Below, piece by piece: positions 19,951 to 29,859 of a stretch of DNA of 64,000 nucleotides. The first letter of the stretch is position 1. Every line of letters begins with the position of its first letter. Under the pieces are notes generated by a model that saw only the letters and a list, made by a program, of their open reading frames with translations, made no database searches and was not told the DNA's origin. Both the position numbers and the translations under genes were made by a program. Source of the DNA: Gemmatimonadota bacterium (GTDB lineage: Bacteria; Gemmatimonadota; Gemmatimonadetes; Longimicrobiales; Gaopeijiaceae); assembly GCA_022822325.1 (NCBI GenBank), contig JAJEBW010000021.1, positions 40,280 to 104,279 of the forward strand, read 5' to 3'.

Positions 19951-20828
19951 TCGTGCCGGGCCCCCGCGTTGTCGTTTGCGACGAAGTCGGCGGGAGAGTC
20001 GGTGATGAAACCGTGCCGGGAGAGCAGATCCCGACCCTGCGACGAAGCCGCAAACCCCACCCACCGCCCCGCCGCCTCCGTCTTTCGCGTGCCCTTCACC
20101 ACCCCGATCAGGTAGCGCGCCCGCACATTCGCCCCGGCGGGCACGGCCACCGCCCTCACCGGGGCGGTCGCGGCATCGGTCCGGTACACGATCGCGGCAT
20201 CGGCCTCGCCCATCTCCACCTTGGCGCGCAACTGGCGCACATTGCTCTCCTGCGAAACCACCCGCCCCAGCACCGCTTCGGCAAAGCCCGGTGGCCCCCC
20301 CGCCTCGGCGCGGCGCAGAATCTCGCGCGCATAGCTTCCCACCGGCACGCCCGGCGACCCCAGCACCAGCCGCTCGGCCCGGACCAGATCGCCAAAGCGC
20401 TCGATTCCGGCCGGATTCGACGGCGGCACAATCACCACCAGCTCGTTTCCCGCCAGCAGTTGCGGTTCCGCCACGAGTCCGGCGCGCTGCAACGCCTTCA
20501 TCTGTCCGGGGTCCGCCGACGCAAAGACATCGGCCGGCGCCCCCCGCTCGATCTGCGCCCGGAGCACCTGACTGCCCGCAAAGACCAGCACGACCTCGGT
20601 CTCGGGGTGAAGCCGCTCGAATGCGACGGCCATCTCGCCAAAGGCGTCGGTCAGCGACGAGGCCGCGAATACGCGCAGCGGCTCCGGACCGGATTCGGTG
20701 GATCCGCAGGCGCCGGCGGCCAGGATCGCCGCCGGAAGCCACGCCGAAAAAGCCCGACCGACCGGCCTGGGCAGGCCACCCGCGCCCGGCCCACGAGTCC
20801 CCCGCCCAACAACGACAGCCGCGCCCAT
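19947..20828 (-). CDS. modA: Molybdate-binding periplasmic protein
   Basis: Track ORF 19947..20921, start at ATG 20828. Lipobox LAAGAC. Pattern [12 protein letters not shown]...VFASAD typical of ModA. Confidence 0.8.
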   Translation of the reverse strand: MGAAVVVGRGTRGPGAGGLPRPVGRAFSAWLPAAILAAGACGSTESGPEPLRVFAASSLTDAFGEMAVAFERLHPETEVVLVFAGSQVLRAQIERGAPADVFASADPGQMKALQRAGLVAEPQLLAGNELVVIVPPSNPAGIERFGDLVRAERLVLGSPGVPVGSYAREILRRAEAGGPPGFAEAVLGRVVSQESNVRQLRAKVEMGEADAAIVYRTDAATAPVRAVAVPAGANVRARYLIGVVKGTRKTEAAGRWVGFAASSQGRDLLSRHGFITDSPADFVANDNAGARHE

Positions 20829-20862
20829 CCGGCCCGGCCTCTGCGCGCGCACCGGCAAGGAG

Positions 20863-21519
20863 CTAGCCAAAGTGCGGACGGATCGCCTGGGCAAGCGACA
20901 CCTCGATGTCCCACACGGCATCCGTGACCGCGCGGCCGATCAGGTCCATCTTGCGCAGGAAGCGAATCCGCGGCGAGACGTGCTGGAGCTCCCGGTGCGA
21001 GAGGATGTGCGGCAGGATCCCGCAGGCGTCCGCCAGACAGATGATCACGACATCGCGCGGCGTCGGAATCATGTCGCTGAAGAGAAGCTCCATGATGCGC
21101 AGCTTGACCTCGCGCTCGGCGGTGCCCTCGTCGGCCACCGGGTAGCGACGCGAACGGAAGACCCAGAGGAAGCGGTCCTCGCGGCGTTCCAGGATCCCCC
21201 GCGCAATGAGCCGGTCCACGGCCGCGCTCCGGATCTCGCCGGACCGGGCCGCTGCGCGCTCCACCCAGAAACGGGCGTCGTGCGAATCGGTCTCGGCGGC
21301 GATCTCGGCCAGCGCCGGATCCAGAATGTCGTCGCCCAGGGGCGTGGAATCGACCAGGGTGAGCCTGTCCAGATCGGTGTCGATCCGGTCCTCCAGCGCC
21401 AGATCCATCAACACGGCGCCGCCCAGCGCATAGCGCAGCGACCAATCGGGCACGCGCAGAAAACGCTCTTCCTCGTCGTCCATCAGGAGCAACATGACCT
21501 CTTCGGCAAATCGCAGCAT
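20863..21519 (-). CDS. GPP34/GOLPH3-like family protein (bacterial)
   Basis: Track ORF 20863..21597, start at ATG 21519 (MLRFAEEVMLLLMDDEEERF...). N-terminal pattern typical of bacterial GPP34 proteins. Stop is 34 nt before the modA start. Confidence 0.7.
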   Translation of the reverse strand: MLRFAEEVMLLLMDDEEERFLRVPDWSLRYALGGAVLMDLALEDRIDTDLDRLTLVDSTPLGDDILDPALAEIAAETDSHDARFWVERAAARSGEIRSAAVDRLIARGILERREDRFLWVFRSRRYPVADEGTAEREVKLRIMELLFSDMIPTPRDVVIICLADACGILPHILSHRELQHVSPRIRFLRKMDLIGRAVTDAVWDIEVSLAQAIRPHFG

Positions 21520-21540
21520 GGATCCTTCCGTGAGAAGATT

Positions 21541-21604
21541 GGGTCTTGCCGTCAATCGGGGTCCGCCCCCCGTCGAGGGACCGGGTCTTGCCGTCAACCG
21601 GGGT
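21541..21604 (-). promoter_or_regulatory. Two 22-bp direct repeats (gggtcttgccgtcaa[t/c]cggggt), 42-bp period, upstream of the GPP34 gene
   Basis: 21541-21562 and 21583-21604 are 21/22 identical. On the coding (-) strand each contains TTGACGGCAAGACCC. A third partial copy (cccgtcaa) is at about 21610. Confidence 0.45.
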
Positions 21605-21612
21605 GTGGCCCG

Positions 21613-22806
21613 TCAAAAGATATGGGCTTCGTGGGGAACTCCGCCGCTGTCGAACCTTCCATGGCGGAAGGCGGTCGCGTCAAGGGTGTGCGCGCTTCCG
21701 TCGGCAACAAGCTCCGCCACGCAGAGACCGGTCGCCGGGGCATGCATGATCCCGTGTCCGGAAAAGCCGCAGGCGTCCACCCAGCGTCCGGCCCCCGGAT
21801 TGAATCCGATCACCGGATTGTGGTCCGGCGTGACGCCGTAGTATCCCCACCAGCTTCCGCCGCGGTCCACCCCGAGATCCACCCACCAGGGGAAGCGATC
21901 GACCCCGGTCAGCAGCACATCCTCCAGCCAGCCCCAGTCGACCCCCTCGGTGAAGCCGTCGTCGGCGTGGGTGTCGCGGCCGAAGATGACCCGTTCGCCC
22001 TCGCTGCGCAGATAAACGCCGGTCTCCAGGTCGATCGTGAGGGGATAGACGCGTTCGTCGGCGACGGGAGCGCTGAGGAAGATCTGGATCCGCTTGGGAC
22101 GCACCGGCACCGCCAGGCCGGCCATGCGCCCGACCAGCCCCGACCAGGCCCCGGCCGCATTGACGATGTGGCCGCAGGAGAAGTCGGTGTCCCCGCAGGA
22201 GATCCGCCAGCCGCGGGGCTCGGGCTCGATGCGGGTCGCGGCGGCGCCGAAGTGGTAGGCGACCTTGCGAGCGCGCCCCATCGCCACCCAGGCGTGCGTG
22301 GCCATGTGTGGATCGATCACCCCGTCCCAGGGACCGTAGGTGGCGCCGGCCAGCCCCTCGGTGGCCACGGGAAGGAAGCGCCGCGCCTCGCCGGGGGCCA
22401 TGACCTCGACCGGGGCCCCCATGCGTCGCTGCAGCGCGACCGCGGCCAAGTGATCGTCCCAGCGTGCGGGGGGAACCAGCAACAGATACCCGATGTCGCG
22501 GTACCCGATCTCGTGGCCGTGGTGATCGTGGAAGTCCCGGAACACAGGCAGCGAATGCATCGAAAAGGCAATGTTCGCTTCGGTGGTGAACTGAACCCGC
22601 ACGCCCGCCGCGCTTCTTCCGGTCGAACCCAGGGCGGGCGCAGCTTCCCGCTCGACGACGGCCACCGAGAGGCCCCGGCGGGCCAGATGCCAGGCGCAGG
22701 AAGCTCCCACGATCCCGGCTCCAATCACCACCACATCGGCTGTGCGGGCGCTCCGTCCGCGATCCGTGCGGCCAGGCGGCGTCCCGGGCGTTTCGGCGCG
22801 AGTCAT
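21613..22806 (-). CDS. FAD-dependent oxidoreductase (DAO family; sarcosine/glycine/D-amino-acid oxidase-like)
   Basis: 397 aa. Dinucleotide fold VVVIGAGIVGASCAWHLARRG. Confidence 0.85.
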   Translation of the reverse strand: MTRAETPGTPPGRTDRGRSARTADVVVIGAGIVGASCAWHLARRGLSVAVVEREAAPALGSTGRSAAGVRVQFTTEANIAFSMHSLPVFRDFHDHHGHEIGYRDIGYLLLVPPARWDDHLAAVALQRRMGAPVEVMAPGEARRFLPVATEGLAGATYGPWDGVIDPHMATHAWVAMGRARKVAYHFGAAATRIEPEPRGWRISCGDTDFSCGHIVNAAGAWSGLVGRMAGLAVPVRPKRIQIFLSAPVADERVYPLTIDLETGVYLRSEGERVIFGRDTHADDGFTEGVDWGWLEDVLLTGVDRFPWWVDLGVDRGGSWWGYYGVTPDHNPVIGFNPGAGRWVDACGFSGHGIMHAPATGLCVAELVADGSAHTLDATAFRHGRFDSGGVPHEAHIF

Positions 22807-22845
22807 TGCGAATGCGGGAAGTGCGCGATATGGGCGCAGCGCGCG

Positions 22846-24408
22846 CTACCGCCGCCGGAAGGGAACGCTTCCCTCGATCTCGGCGTGCAGGACCGCCACC
22901 TTGCCATCGCTGCCGATCTCGAAACGGAGAAACTCGCCGCCCTCGCCGGCGCCTCCCCAGCGGGTGCGGAAGGTGTCGTAGTGCCAGTGTTCGAGCGTCC
23001 CCGAAAACCCGGCGCCGAAGGTCGCGCTCAGAACGCCCGCCTCCTCCGCGACCGCGATCTCGCCGTACATCTCGTTGCGGTAGCTGCCCGCGTACTCGGC
23101 CGGCGGCAGCGTCGGCGCCGTGCCCGCCACCCGGCCGTCCTCGATCTCCTGCGCCCTTTCGCGGGCCTCTTCCTCCAGCTCGCGTTGCCGCGCCAGCATC
23201 GTCTGGTGCCAGGGCAGCCCGTCGCCGCCCTCCAGAAGATCGATGATGCGGTGCGCGAGCGCGGAGCTGAAGGCGTTGGCGCCATTCATGTTGGCCAGAA
23301 TCACCAGTCCGTAGCCGCGCCGCGGAACGAATCCGACAAAGGCGGTCATGCCGTCGATGTTGCCGCCATGGCTGATCAGCGTCAGGTCGCGGTAGCTGCT
23401 GAGGAACCATCCCAGTCCGTAGGTCAGGAAGTCCGATTCGGAGAAGATCAGCGCCCAGCTTCCCGTCTTGCGCATGATCATCTGGCCGGTGTGCGTCTCG
23501 CGAATCGCTTCCTCGGAGATCAGCCGTTCGCCCTCGAACTCGCCCTCGCCGAGCTGCAACCGAATCCACTGCGCCATCTGCAACGCGCTGGAGTTGATCG
23601 ACCCGGCCGGACCCGCGTTGTCGATGTTGCGGTAGGGGATCGCCTCCACCGTGCCGTCGAGGCGGGCGACATGCGGAGTGGCCACATTGTCGAGCCGGTC
23701 CAGCGGTCCCAGCAGCGTCGTGCTGCGCGCCATTCCCAGGGGACGGAAGATGCGGCTGGCCACAAAGTCGTCCCAGCTCATGCCCGACAGAAGCTCGATG
23801 ACTTCGCCCGCGGTGATCCAGGTCGTGTTGTTGTACTGAAAGGTGGATCTGAGGGGAAAGGTGACCGGCTGGTGGCGAATCCGGCGAACGACCTCTTCGC
23901 GGCTGCGTCCGCTCGCGTACCAGATGCGGTCGCCGCGCAGGAGCCCGGAGTTGTGGCTCATGAGATCGCGGATGCGCAGATCGCGGGTGATGTAGGGGTC
24001 GCTGAGGCGGAAATCGGGGAGGTGGTCGATGACCGGATCGTCCCAGGCAACCTTGCCTTCGTCGACGAGGATCGCCATCGAGGCGGCGGTGAAGGCCTTC
24101 GAGGTGGAGCCGACCGCAAAGACGGTGTGCTCGTCCACCGGCTCGGCGCCGCCGACTTCACGCACCCCGAACCCTTCCGCAAAGGCGATCGCGTCGTCCT
24201 GCACCACGACGACCGCCACCCCGGGAATGGCCCAGTCGCGCCGCATCCGCTCGATCTCGTCGCCGAGCCCGTCAAGTCCCTGCTGCGCGGCGAGCGCCGG
24301 GGAAAGGGTGAGAAGGGCGATCAGGGCCAGCAAGGAGGCAGTCCGCGTGGCGGGGGACTCGGTGGCGCGGCGCGGGGGGAGTGGGGCGGCTCGCTGGGAT
24401 ATCCGCAT
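22846..24408 (-). CDS. Serine hydrolase, beta-lactamase/D-aminopeptidase fold (class C-like) with C-terminal extra domain
   Basis: Track ORF 22846..24681, start at ATG 24408 (MRISQRAAPL..., signal peptide ...ALAAQ). Motifs S-T-S-K (GSTSKAF), Y-N-N, HGG. Confidence 0.85.
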   Translation of the reverse strand: MRISQRAAPLPPRRATESPATRTASLLALIALLTLSPALAAQQGLDGLGDEIERMRRDWAIPGVAVVVVQDDAIAFAEGFGVREVGGAEPVDEHTVFAVGSTSKAFTAASMAILVDEGKVAWDDPVIDHLPDFRLSDPYITRDLRIRDLMSHNSGLLRGDRIWYASGRSREEVVRRIRHQPVTFPLRSTFQYNNTTWITAGEVIELLSGMSWDDFVASRIFRPLGMARSTTLLGPLDRLDNVATPHVARLDGTVEAIPYRNIDNAGPAGSINSSALQMAQWIRLQLGEGEFEGERLISEEAIRETHTGQMIMRKTGSWALIFSESDFLTYGLGWFLSSYRDLTLISHGGNIDGMTAFVGFVPRRGYGLVILANMNGANAFSSALAHRIIDLLEGGDGLPWHQTMLARQRELEEEARERAQEIEDGRVAGTAPTLPPAEYAGSYRNEMYGEIAVAEEAGVLSATFGAGFSGTLEHWHYDTFRTRWGGAGEGGEFLRFEIGSDGKVAVLHAEIEGSVPFRRR

Positions 24409-24556
24409 GACGAGGGTCCGTGGGGTTGTGGGGGGAGCGGGGATCTTTCCGGCTGCGGCGGGCGCGCGCAAGTCGTCGGGGGCGCGTTCAGCGTGGGGGG
24501 AAGACGGTCGGCCGCCGGGCGCGTTCAGTCCGGTGGAGACAACCCGCCGCCGGGAG

Positions 24557-25252
24557 CTACCAGCTTCCCAGTTCGCCCGCCTGCGCAATGAAACTACTAA
24601 GCCGCTCCGCGGCGTTGCGCCAGTTGGTGCGGACCGCATCCTGCGCACCGTCGCCGTCGCCCGCCTCGATCGCCAGCACAATCGAGCGGTGTTCCTCGGC
24701 CGAGAGCGAGATCCGGTCCAGCAAAGCGTCGATGTAGAGCCGGGTGTAGCGCTCCGCCTGCGGCTTGATCGAATCGTGCAGCGCCAGCAGACGCGGTCCC
24801 GCTCCCCCCTCCACGTAGCGGCGGTGGAAGTGATTGTCTAGCTGAAAGATCCTCTCCCGCGAGGGGTGCGCGCTCCATGCCTCGGAGAGCATCTCGGCGT
24901 TGGCTCGCTTGAGGTCGGCGACCAGCGCCGCGCGGTCCTCCCCCCGGGCTGCGGACCAGGCCGCGAGTCCCTCCACTTCGCCCACGATATGGAGCAGTTC
25001 GCGCGCATCCTCCCGCGTGAGCGGCGCGACGAAGGGGCGGGTCTGCCGTCCCCCGCCGGTGTCGGCGATGTAGCCTTCCTGCCTGAGGCGCTGCAGGGCG
25101 CTGCGAATCGGGGTGCGACTCAGCCCCAGCCGGTCGGCGATCTCGGTCTCGATCAGCCGCGAACCGGGCGCGATCTGGCCATGCACGATCAGCTCCCGGA
25201 GCCGTTCGTAGGCCTGGGTGCCGCGATCTATCGGTAGTGTTCTCAGGGTCAT
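24557..25252 (-). CDS. GntR family transcriptional regulator (FadR/FCD subfamily)
   Basis: Track ORF 24557..25483, start at ATG 25252 (MTLRTLPIDRGT...). wHTH region ETEIADRLGLSRTPIRSALQRLRQEGYI. Helical C-terminal FCD-like domain. Confidence 0.85.
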   Translation of the reverse strand: MTLRTLPIDRGTQAYERLRELIVHGQIAPGSRLIETEIADRLGLSRTPIRSALQRLRQEGYIADTGGGRQTRPFVAPLTREDARELLHIVGEVEGLAAWSAARGEDRAALVADLKRANAEMLSEAWSAHPSRERIFQLDNHFHRRYVEGGAGPRLLALHDSIKPQAERYTRLYIDALLDRISLSAEEHRSIVLAIEAGDGDGAQDAVRTNWRNAAERLSSFIAQAGELGSW

Positions 25253-25360
25253 GCCGGAGGTTCCTGCGTCCTGCGTCGTGCGTCCTGCGCGGGGGGCTGC
25301 AAATGTAACACGGGCCGGCGGGCGAATGTTCCCGCTTGCTCCGCCAATCCCCGAATGGCT

Positions 25361-25392
25361 AGTATCGCCCCATGACCAGTATCGCCCCATGA
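25361..25392 (+). repeat. Tandem 15-bp duplication (agtatcgccccatga x2, 17-bp period) covering the GNAT start codon
   Basis: 25361-25375 and 25378-25392 are identical. Each copy contains ATGA. The first ATG (25372) opens only a 6-codon ORF that stops at the TGA of the second copy. Confidence 0.8.
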
Positions 25393-26300
25393 AACGATCC
25401 CCCGCCTCCGCTTCGCCCCGAATGGCAACGGGCCCGCCTCCGGAATTCGAGGTGCGCCCGGTGCGCGCGCGCGAAGAGTTCATCGCCTGCGTCGAGCTTC
25501 AGCGCGACACCTGGGGCCGTTCCTTCTCCGATGTCGTGCCGCTTAGCATGCTCCAGATCACCGCCCGGATGAAGGGTGTGGTGACCGGCGCATTCGCCTC
25601 CGACGGCGCCCTGCTCGGCTTTGTCTATGGGGTGACCGGACTGCGGCGCGGCGAGTTGGCGCACTGGTCGCACATGCTGGCGGTACGGCCCGAGGCCCGC
25701 GACCGCGGAATCGGGCGGCGGCTCAAGCTGGCCCAGAAGGAAGAGCTGCGCGCCGTCGGGGTGCGGACGATGTACTGGACCTACGATCCGCTGGTCGCGC
25801 GCAACGCCCACCTCAACCTCAATCTGCTGGGCGCCGAGGTCGATGAATTCGTGCCGAACATGTACGGCGAATCGGACAGCCTCCTGCACCAGTTGGGCAC
25901 CGATCGCTTCATTGTAAGGTGGGATCTGACGGGGGAAGCAACCCCTTCCCGGCCACCGCCCCACGCGCCCGGGCTCGCTTCCCATCCGGCCCCGCTCCTC
26001 TGGGCGCCGGGAACGCCCGGGGCGGAGTGGCCGCCGAACGAGGGTGCGGACGCCCCTTCCAGCGCCGGCCACCCGCCCGCCGCCGATCAACCTTCGCCGC
26101 CCGCGGGCGACCCTCCGGACGCGATCGCGGTCAGAATTCCGCGCGACATCGAGGTCGTCGAGGCGCGTTCCGTCCGGGAGGCGCTCGCCTGGCGCCACTC
26201 CACCCGGGCCGCCTTCGTCCGCTTCCTTCCCCTTTACCGCATCCGCGCATTCACCCGCGGCGACCGCCACGGCGCCTACCTGCTCGCGCGCGCCCCCTGA
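25389..26300 (+). CDS. GNAT family N-acyltransferase with Pro-rich insert
   Basis: Track ORF 25218..26300, start at ATG 25389 (MKRSPAS...). Acyl-CoA motif A-like HMLAVRPEARDRGIGRRLKLAQK. Divergent from the GntR gene. Confidence 0.7.
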   Translation: MKRSPASASPRMATGPPPEFEVRPVRAREEFIACVELQRDTWGRSFSDVVPLSMLQITARMKGVVTGAFASDGALLGFVYGVTGLRRGELAHWSHMLAVRPEARDRGIGRRLKLAQKEELRAVGVRTMYWTYDPLVARNAHLNLNLLGAEVDEFVPNMYGESDSLLHQLGTDRFIVRWDLTGEATPSRPPPHAPGLASHPAPLLWAPGTPGAEWPPNEGADAPSSAGHPPAADQPSPPAGDPPDAIAVRIPRDIEVVEARSVREALAWRHSTRAAFVRFLPLYRIRAFTRGDRHGAYLLARAP

Positions 26301-26382
26301 CCCCCGCGGCGCGCCGCCTTCCCCAATTCGCCTTCGCCACTCTCCGTTGCCCCCCAGAGTCACCACCCAGGAGTTTCCTCTC

Positions 26383-28479
26383 ATGAGACCACGGCCCGCT
26401 CACCCGACCGCTCACGCCACCGCCCTCGCGGCCACCCTCGCCGCCCTCGCCACCGCCGCCCTTCCCCCCACCGCCCTCGCTCAGAGCGAGATGGCCGTCC
26501 TCACCGCCGAGGACGTCTTCGACCTGGAGTACGTCAGCGAGCCGCGGATGTCGCCCGATGGCGACCGGATCGTCTTCGTGCGCGAATGGGCCGATCCCCA
26601 CACCGACCGCCGCTTCGCCAATCTCTGGATCATGAATGCGGACGGCTCCGATCAGCGCCCCCTCACCTCCGGGAAGCAATCCGACACCTGGCCCCGCTGG
26701 TCGCCCGACGGAGGCAGGCTGCTCTACCTCTCCGACCTCTCCGGGTCGTCGCAGATTCACATTCGCTGGATGGACACCGGGGCCACCAACCAGATCACCA
26801 ATCTCGCGCAGCCTCCGCGCGTTCCCGCCTGGTCGCCCGACGGTTCGCGGATCGTCTACTCCGCCTTCGTGTCCGATCCCGGCTTGCAGCTCATCTCGAT
26901 GCCGAGCCCCCCGGAGGGCGCCGAGTGGGCCGAACCCGCCCGCGTGATCGACGAACTCGTCCACCGCTTCGACGGCGCCGGCGATCTCGACCATGGCTTC
27001 ACCCACCTCTTCGTCATTCCCTCGGAGGGAGGCGCCCCGCGGCAGCTCACGAGCGGCGACTTCCATCATGGCGGCTACGTGGGGCGTTCGGGTGCGGGCA
27101 GGCCGGTCTGGTCCGCCGACGGCAACTCGGTTCTCATCTCCGCCAATCGCCACCCGGACGGGGAGCTGGAGAATCGCAACACCGAGGTCTACGAGATTTC
27201 GCTCGACGGCCGGATCCGCGCGCTGACCGATCGCGAGGGACCCGACGGCGGCGTGGCCGCATCGCCCGACGGCCGCTGGATCGCCTACGCCGGCTACGAC
27301 GACCGCTACCAGGGTTACCAGGTGACGGGATTGTACATGGCCAATCGCGACGGATCGGGGGCGCGCCAGGTCGCGGCGGAGCTCGACCGTTCGGTGGGAG
27401 GGCTGGCGTGGTCGCCCAACTCGGAGCGGCTCTACTTCTCCTACGCCGACCACGGCAACACGAAGATCGCCTGGGTCGAGCCCGGCAGCGACGAGGTTCA
27501 CATCGCGGCCGACGACATGGGCGGGACCGGTTCGGCCTATGGCGGGGGAAGCTTCTCGGTTGGCCCCGGCGGGACGATTGCCTTCACCCACTCCACGCCC
27601 ACCGTGCTGAGCGAGGTGGCGGTCGCGCGGGATGGCGCGGGGGCGCGGGTGCTGACCGCCGTCAACGACGATGTGCTCGCGCACCGGACCCTGGGCGAGG
27701 TGGAGGAGATCCGGTGGCCCTCGTCGCACGACGGGCTCGAGATGCAGGGATGGATCATCAAGCCGCCCGGATTCGATCCTGCGCGGCGCTATCCCCTCAT
27801 CCTGGAGATTCACGGGGGACCCTTCGCCAACTACGGCGACCGCTTCGACGTCGAGAAGCAGGCGATGGCCTCTGCGGGCTACGTCGTTCTCTACACCAAT
27901 CCCAGGGGAAGCACCAGCTACGGCGAAGAGTTCGGCAATCTCATCCACCACGCCTATCCCGGCAACGACTTCCACGATCTTGACTCGGGGGTTGACGCGG
28001 TCGTTGCACTGGGCTATGTGGACCCGGACCAGCTTTACATAACCGGTGGCAGCGGCGGGGGTGTGCTGTCGTCCTGGTCGATCGGCAAGACCGACCGCTA
28101 CCGCGCGGCCGCCGTCCTCTACCCCGTCATCAACTGGTACAGCTTCGCGGTCAGCTCCGACATTCCGATCACCGTGGCGAAGTACTGGTTCCCGGCCATG
28201 CCCTGGGATGATCCCGAGCACTACATGTCGCGCTCGCCGATCTCGCTCGTCGGCAATGTGACGACGCCCACCATGGTGATGACCGGCGTGGAGGACTACC
28301 GCACGCCGATGTCGGAATCGGACCAGTACTACCAGGCGCTCAAGCTGAAGGGGGTGGAGGCTGTGCTGGTCAAGGTTCCCGGCGAGCCGCATGGAATCCG
28401 CGTCCGCCCGAGCCACTTCATGCAGAAGATCAAGTACATCGTGGGCTGGTTCGACCGGTACCGGGGGATGGCGTCGTGA
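26383..28479 (+). CDS. S9 family serine peptidase, paralogue of 720..2822
   Basis: Track ORF 26044..28479, start at ATG 26383 (MRPRPAHP..., signal peptide ...ALAQ). SPDG propeller repeats. Nucleophile GGSGGG. Collinear with the first S9 protein along its whole length. Confidence 0.9.
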   Translation: MRPRPAHPTAHATALAATLAALATAALPPTALAQSEMAVLTAEDVFDLEYVSEPRMSPDGDRIVFVREWADPHTDRRFANLWIMNADGSDQRPLTSGKQSDTWPRWSPDGGRLLYLSDLSGSSQIHIRWMDTGATNQITNLAQPPRVPAWSPDGSRIVYSAFVSDPGLQLISMPSPPEGAEWAEPARVIDELVHRFDGAGDLDHGFTHLFVIPSEGGAPRQLTSGDFHHGGYVGRSGAGRPVWSADGNSVLISANRHPDGELENRNTEVYEISLDGRIRALTDREGPDGGVAASPDGRWIAYAGYDDRYQGYQVTGLYMANRDGSGARQVAAELDRSVGGLAWSPNSERLYFSYADHGNTKIAWVEPGSDEVHIAADDMGGTGSAYGGGSFSVGPGGTIAFTHSTPTVLSEVAVARDGAGARVLTAVNDDVLAHRTLGEVEEIRWPSSHDGLEMQGWIIKPPGFDPARRYPLILEIHGGPFANYGDRFDVEKQAMASAGYVVLYTNPRGSTSYGEEFGNLIHHAYPGNDFHDLDSGVDAVVALGYVDPDQLYITGGSGGGVLSSWSIGKTDRYRAAAVLYPVINWYSFAVSSDIPITVAKYWFPAMPWDDPEHYMSRSPISLVGNVTTPTMVMTGVEDYRTPMSESDQYYQALKLKGVEAVLVKVPGEPHGIRVRPSHFMQKIKYIVGWFDRYRGMAS

Positions 28480-29669
28480 GCGTTCTCCCCCGCCGAGCGA
28501 TCCTCAGGGCCGCCGCCGGGGCCGCGGGAGCCGCCCTCGCCGCGCCCTTCCTCAACCTGGGACGCGTTCGCCTGCACGCCCGCAGCTCCGCGAATCCCGC
28601 CCTTTCCCCCGTTCTGCAGGAATACTCCACCCGCTGCGTCGATCTGGTCACCGGTTCGCTCGTGATCGACATGCTCGCGCCGCTGGCCATCGCCCGCTCG
28701 ATTCAGCAACGCTGGGGACCGGACCTGAGCGGCATGACCGCCGCCGAGGAACGGGAGTTTCGCGATTCCCGCATCGACGTCTTCCACATTGCCGTCGGGA
28801 TCGGGGGGCGCGACTCCGCCGACCAGGCCCGCAACTCGCTCCTCTTCGTCTCGGGCTACAACGCCTCCATCGCGGCGCGTCCCGATCTCTTCGTGCGCAT
28901 CGATTCCGCCGGGGACCTGGCCCGCGTGCACGGCTCCGGCCGCATCGGCATTCTGATCGGGCTCCAGACCTCGTCCCACTTCCACAGCCTCGACGACGTC
29001 AACATGTACCACGGTCTCGGCCAGCGCGTCTCGCAACTCACCTACAACTCCCGCAACATGATCGGCAACGGCGCCACCGAGCGGGTCGACGGGGGCGTTT
29101 CGGACTTCGGGATGGCGATCATCGGGCGCATGAACGAGGTGGGGATGGCGGTCGACGTCTCGCACTCGGGCGACCGCACCACCCTCGACGCCTGCGAGAT
29201 CTCGTCGCGGCCGGTCCTCTTCACCCACTCGAACTCGCGCGTGCTCTCCGGCGGCCACCCCCGCACCAAGACCGACGAGGCGATCCGCGCCATGGCGGCG
29301 ACCGGCGGCGTGATGGGGATGACGGGCGTGCGCATGTTCGTAAAGGACCGCGAGCCGACCACGATCGAGGACTACATCGACCACTTCGACCATGTGCGCG
29401 ATCTCGTCGGCGTGGAGCACCTGGGCGTGGGCAGCGACGTGGACCTGCACGGCTACGACGACATGCCGGCCGACGAATACGCCGCGCTCAAGGCCGCCTA
29501 CAAGGACTCCTACGCCTTCCGCGACAAGATCGACATCGAGGGCGTGGACCACCCCAAACGCATGTTCGACCTGACCGAGGCGCTGATCCGGCGCGGCTAC
29601 ACCGACGAGCACATCCGCGGGATCCTGGGCGGGAACTTTCAGCGGGTGCTGGGCGAGATCTGGGGGTGA
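28476..29669 (+). CDS. Membrane dipeptidase (peptidase M19) with Tat-type signal
   Basis: GTG 28476 overlaps the S9 stop (GTGA). Twin-arginine PRRAILRAAAGAAGAALA. Motifs DVSHSGD, LFTHSNSR. Confidence 0.85.
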   Translation: MSVLPRRAILRAAAGAAGAALAAPFLNLGRVRLHARSSANPALSPVLQEYSTRCVDLVTGSLVIDMLAPLAIARSIQQRWGPDLSGMTAAEEREFRDSRIDVFHIAVGIGGRDSADQARNSLLFVSGYNASIAARPDLFVRIDSAGDLARVHGSGRIGILIGLQTSSHFHSLDDVNMYHGLGQRVSQLTYNSRNMIGNGATERVDGGVSDFGMAIIGRMNEVGMAVDVSHSGDRTTLDACEISSRPVLFTHSNSRVLSGGHPRTKTDEAIRAMAATGGVMGMTGVRMFVKDREPTTIEDYIDHFDHVRDLVGVEHLGVGSDVDLHGYDDMPADEYAALKAAYKDSYAFRDKIDIEGVDHPKRMFDLTEALIRRGYTDEHIRGILGGNFQRVLGEIWG

Positions 29670-29859
29670 GGGGCGGACCGGCCTGTATGAGGGTCGACGG
29701 GCGGCGGCGGACCGGAACCAGCGGGTGCCAGGGCGGAGCAGCCGGGCCGCATTGCCGCTGTCCCCGCGCGGGGCCGAGGGGAAAATTGCGGATTCCGCGT
29801 GTGGGGACTCCACTATCTGGAGCAAACCATCCTCACCACTGCACATGGAGAGAATCGAC

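Noticed and set aside
20829-20862. Molybdenum-cofactor riboswitch or ModE box upstream of modA
   Set aside because: Only 34 nt separate modA from the upstream stop. That is far too short for a Moco riboswitch, and no palindromic ModE-like site is visible.
20698-24591. Very long track ORF (1297 aa, + strand), together with similar giants at 8707..11097(-), 9120..11312(+), 42374..44755(-), 57886..60372(-), 298..1848(-) and 26251..28416(-)
   Set aside because: They run antisense or out of frame to genes with clear family signatures. They are Arg/Gly/Pro/Ala-rich low-complexity translations with no motifs. These are typical stop-poor shadow ORFs in about 70% GC DNA.
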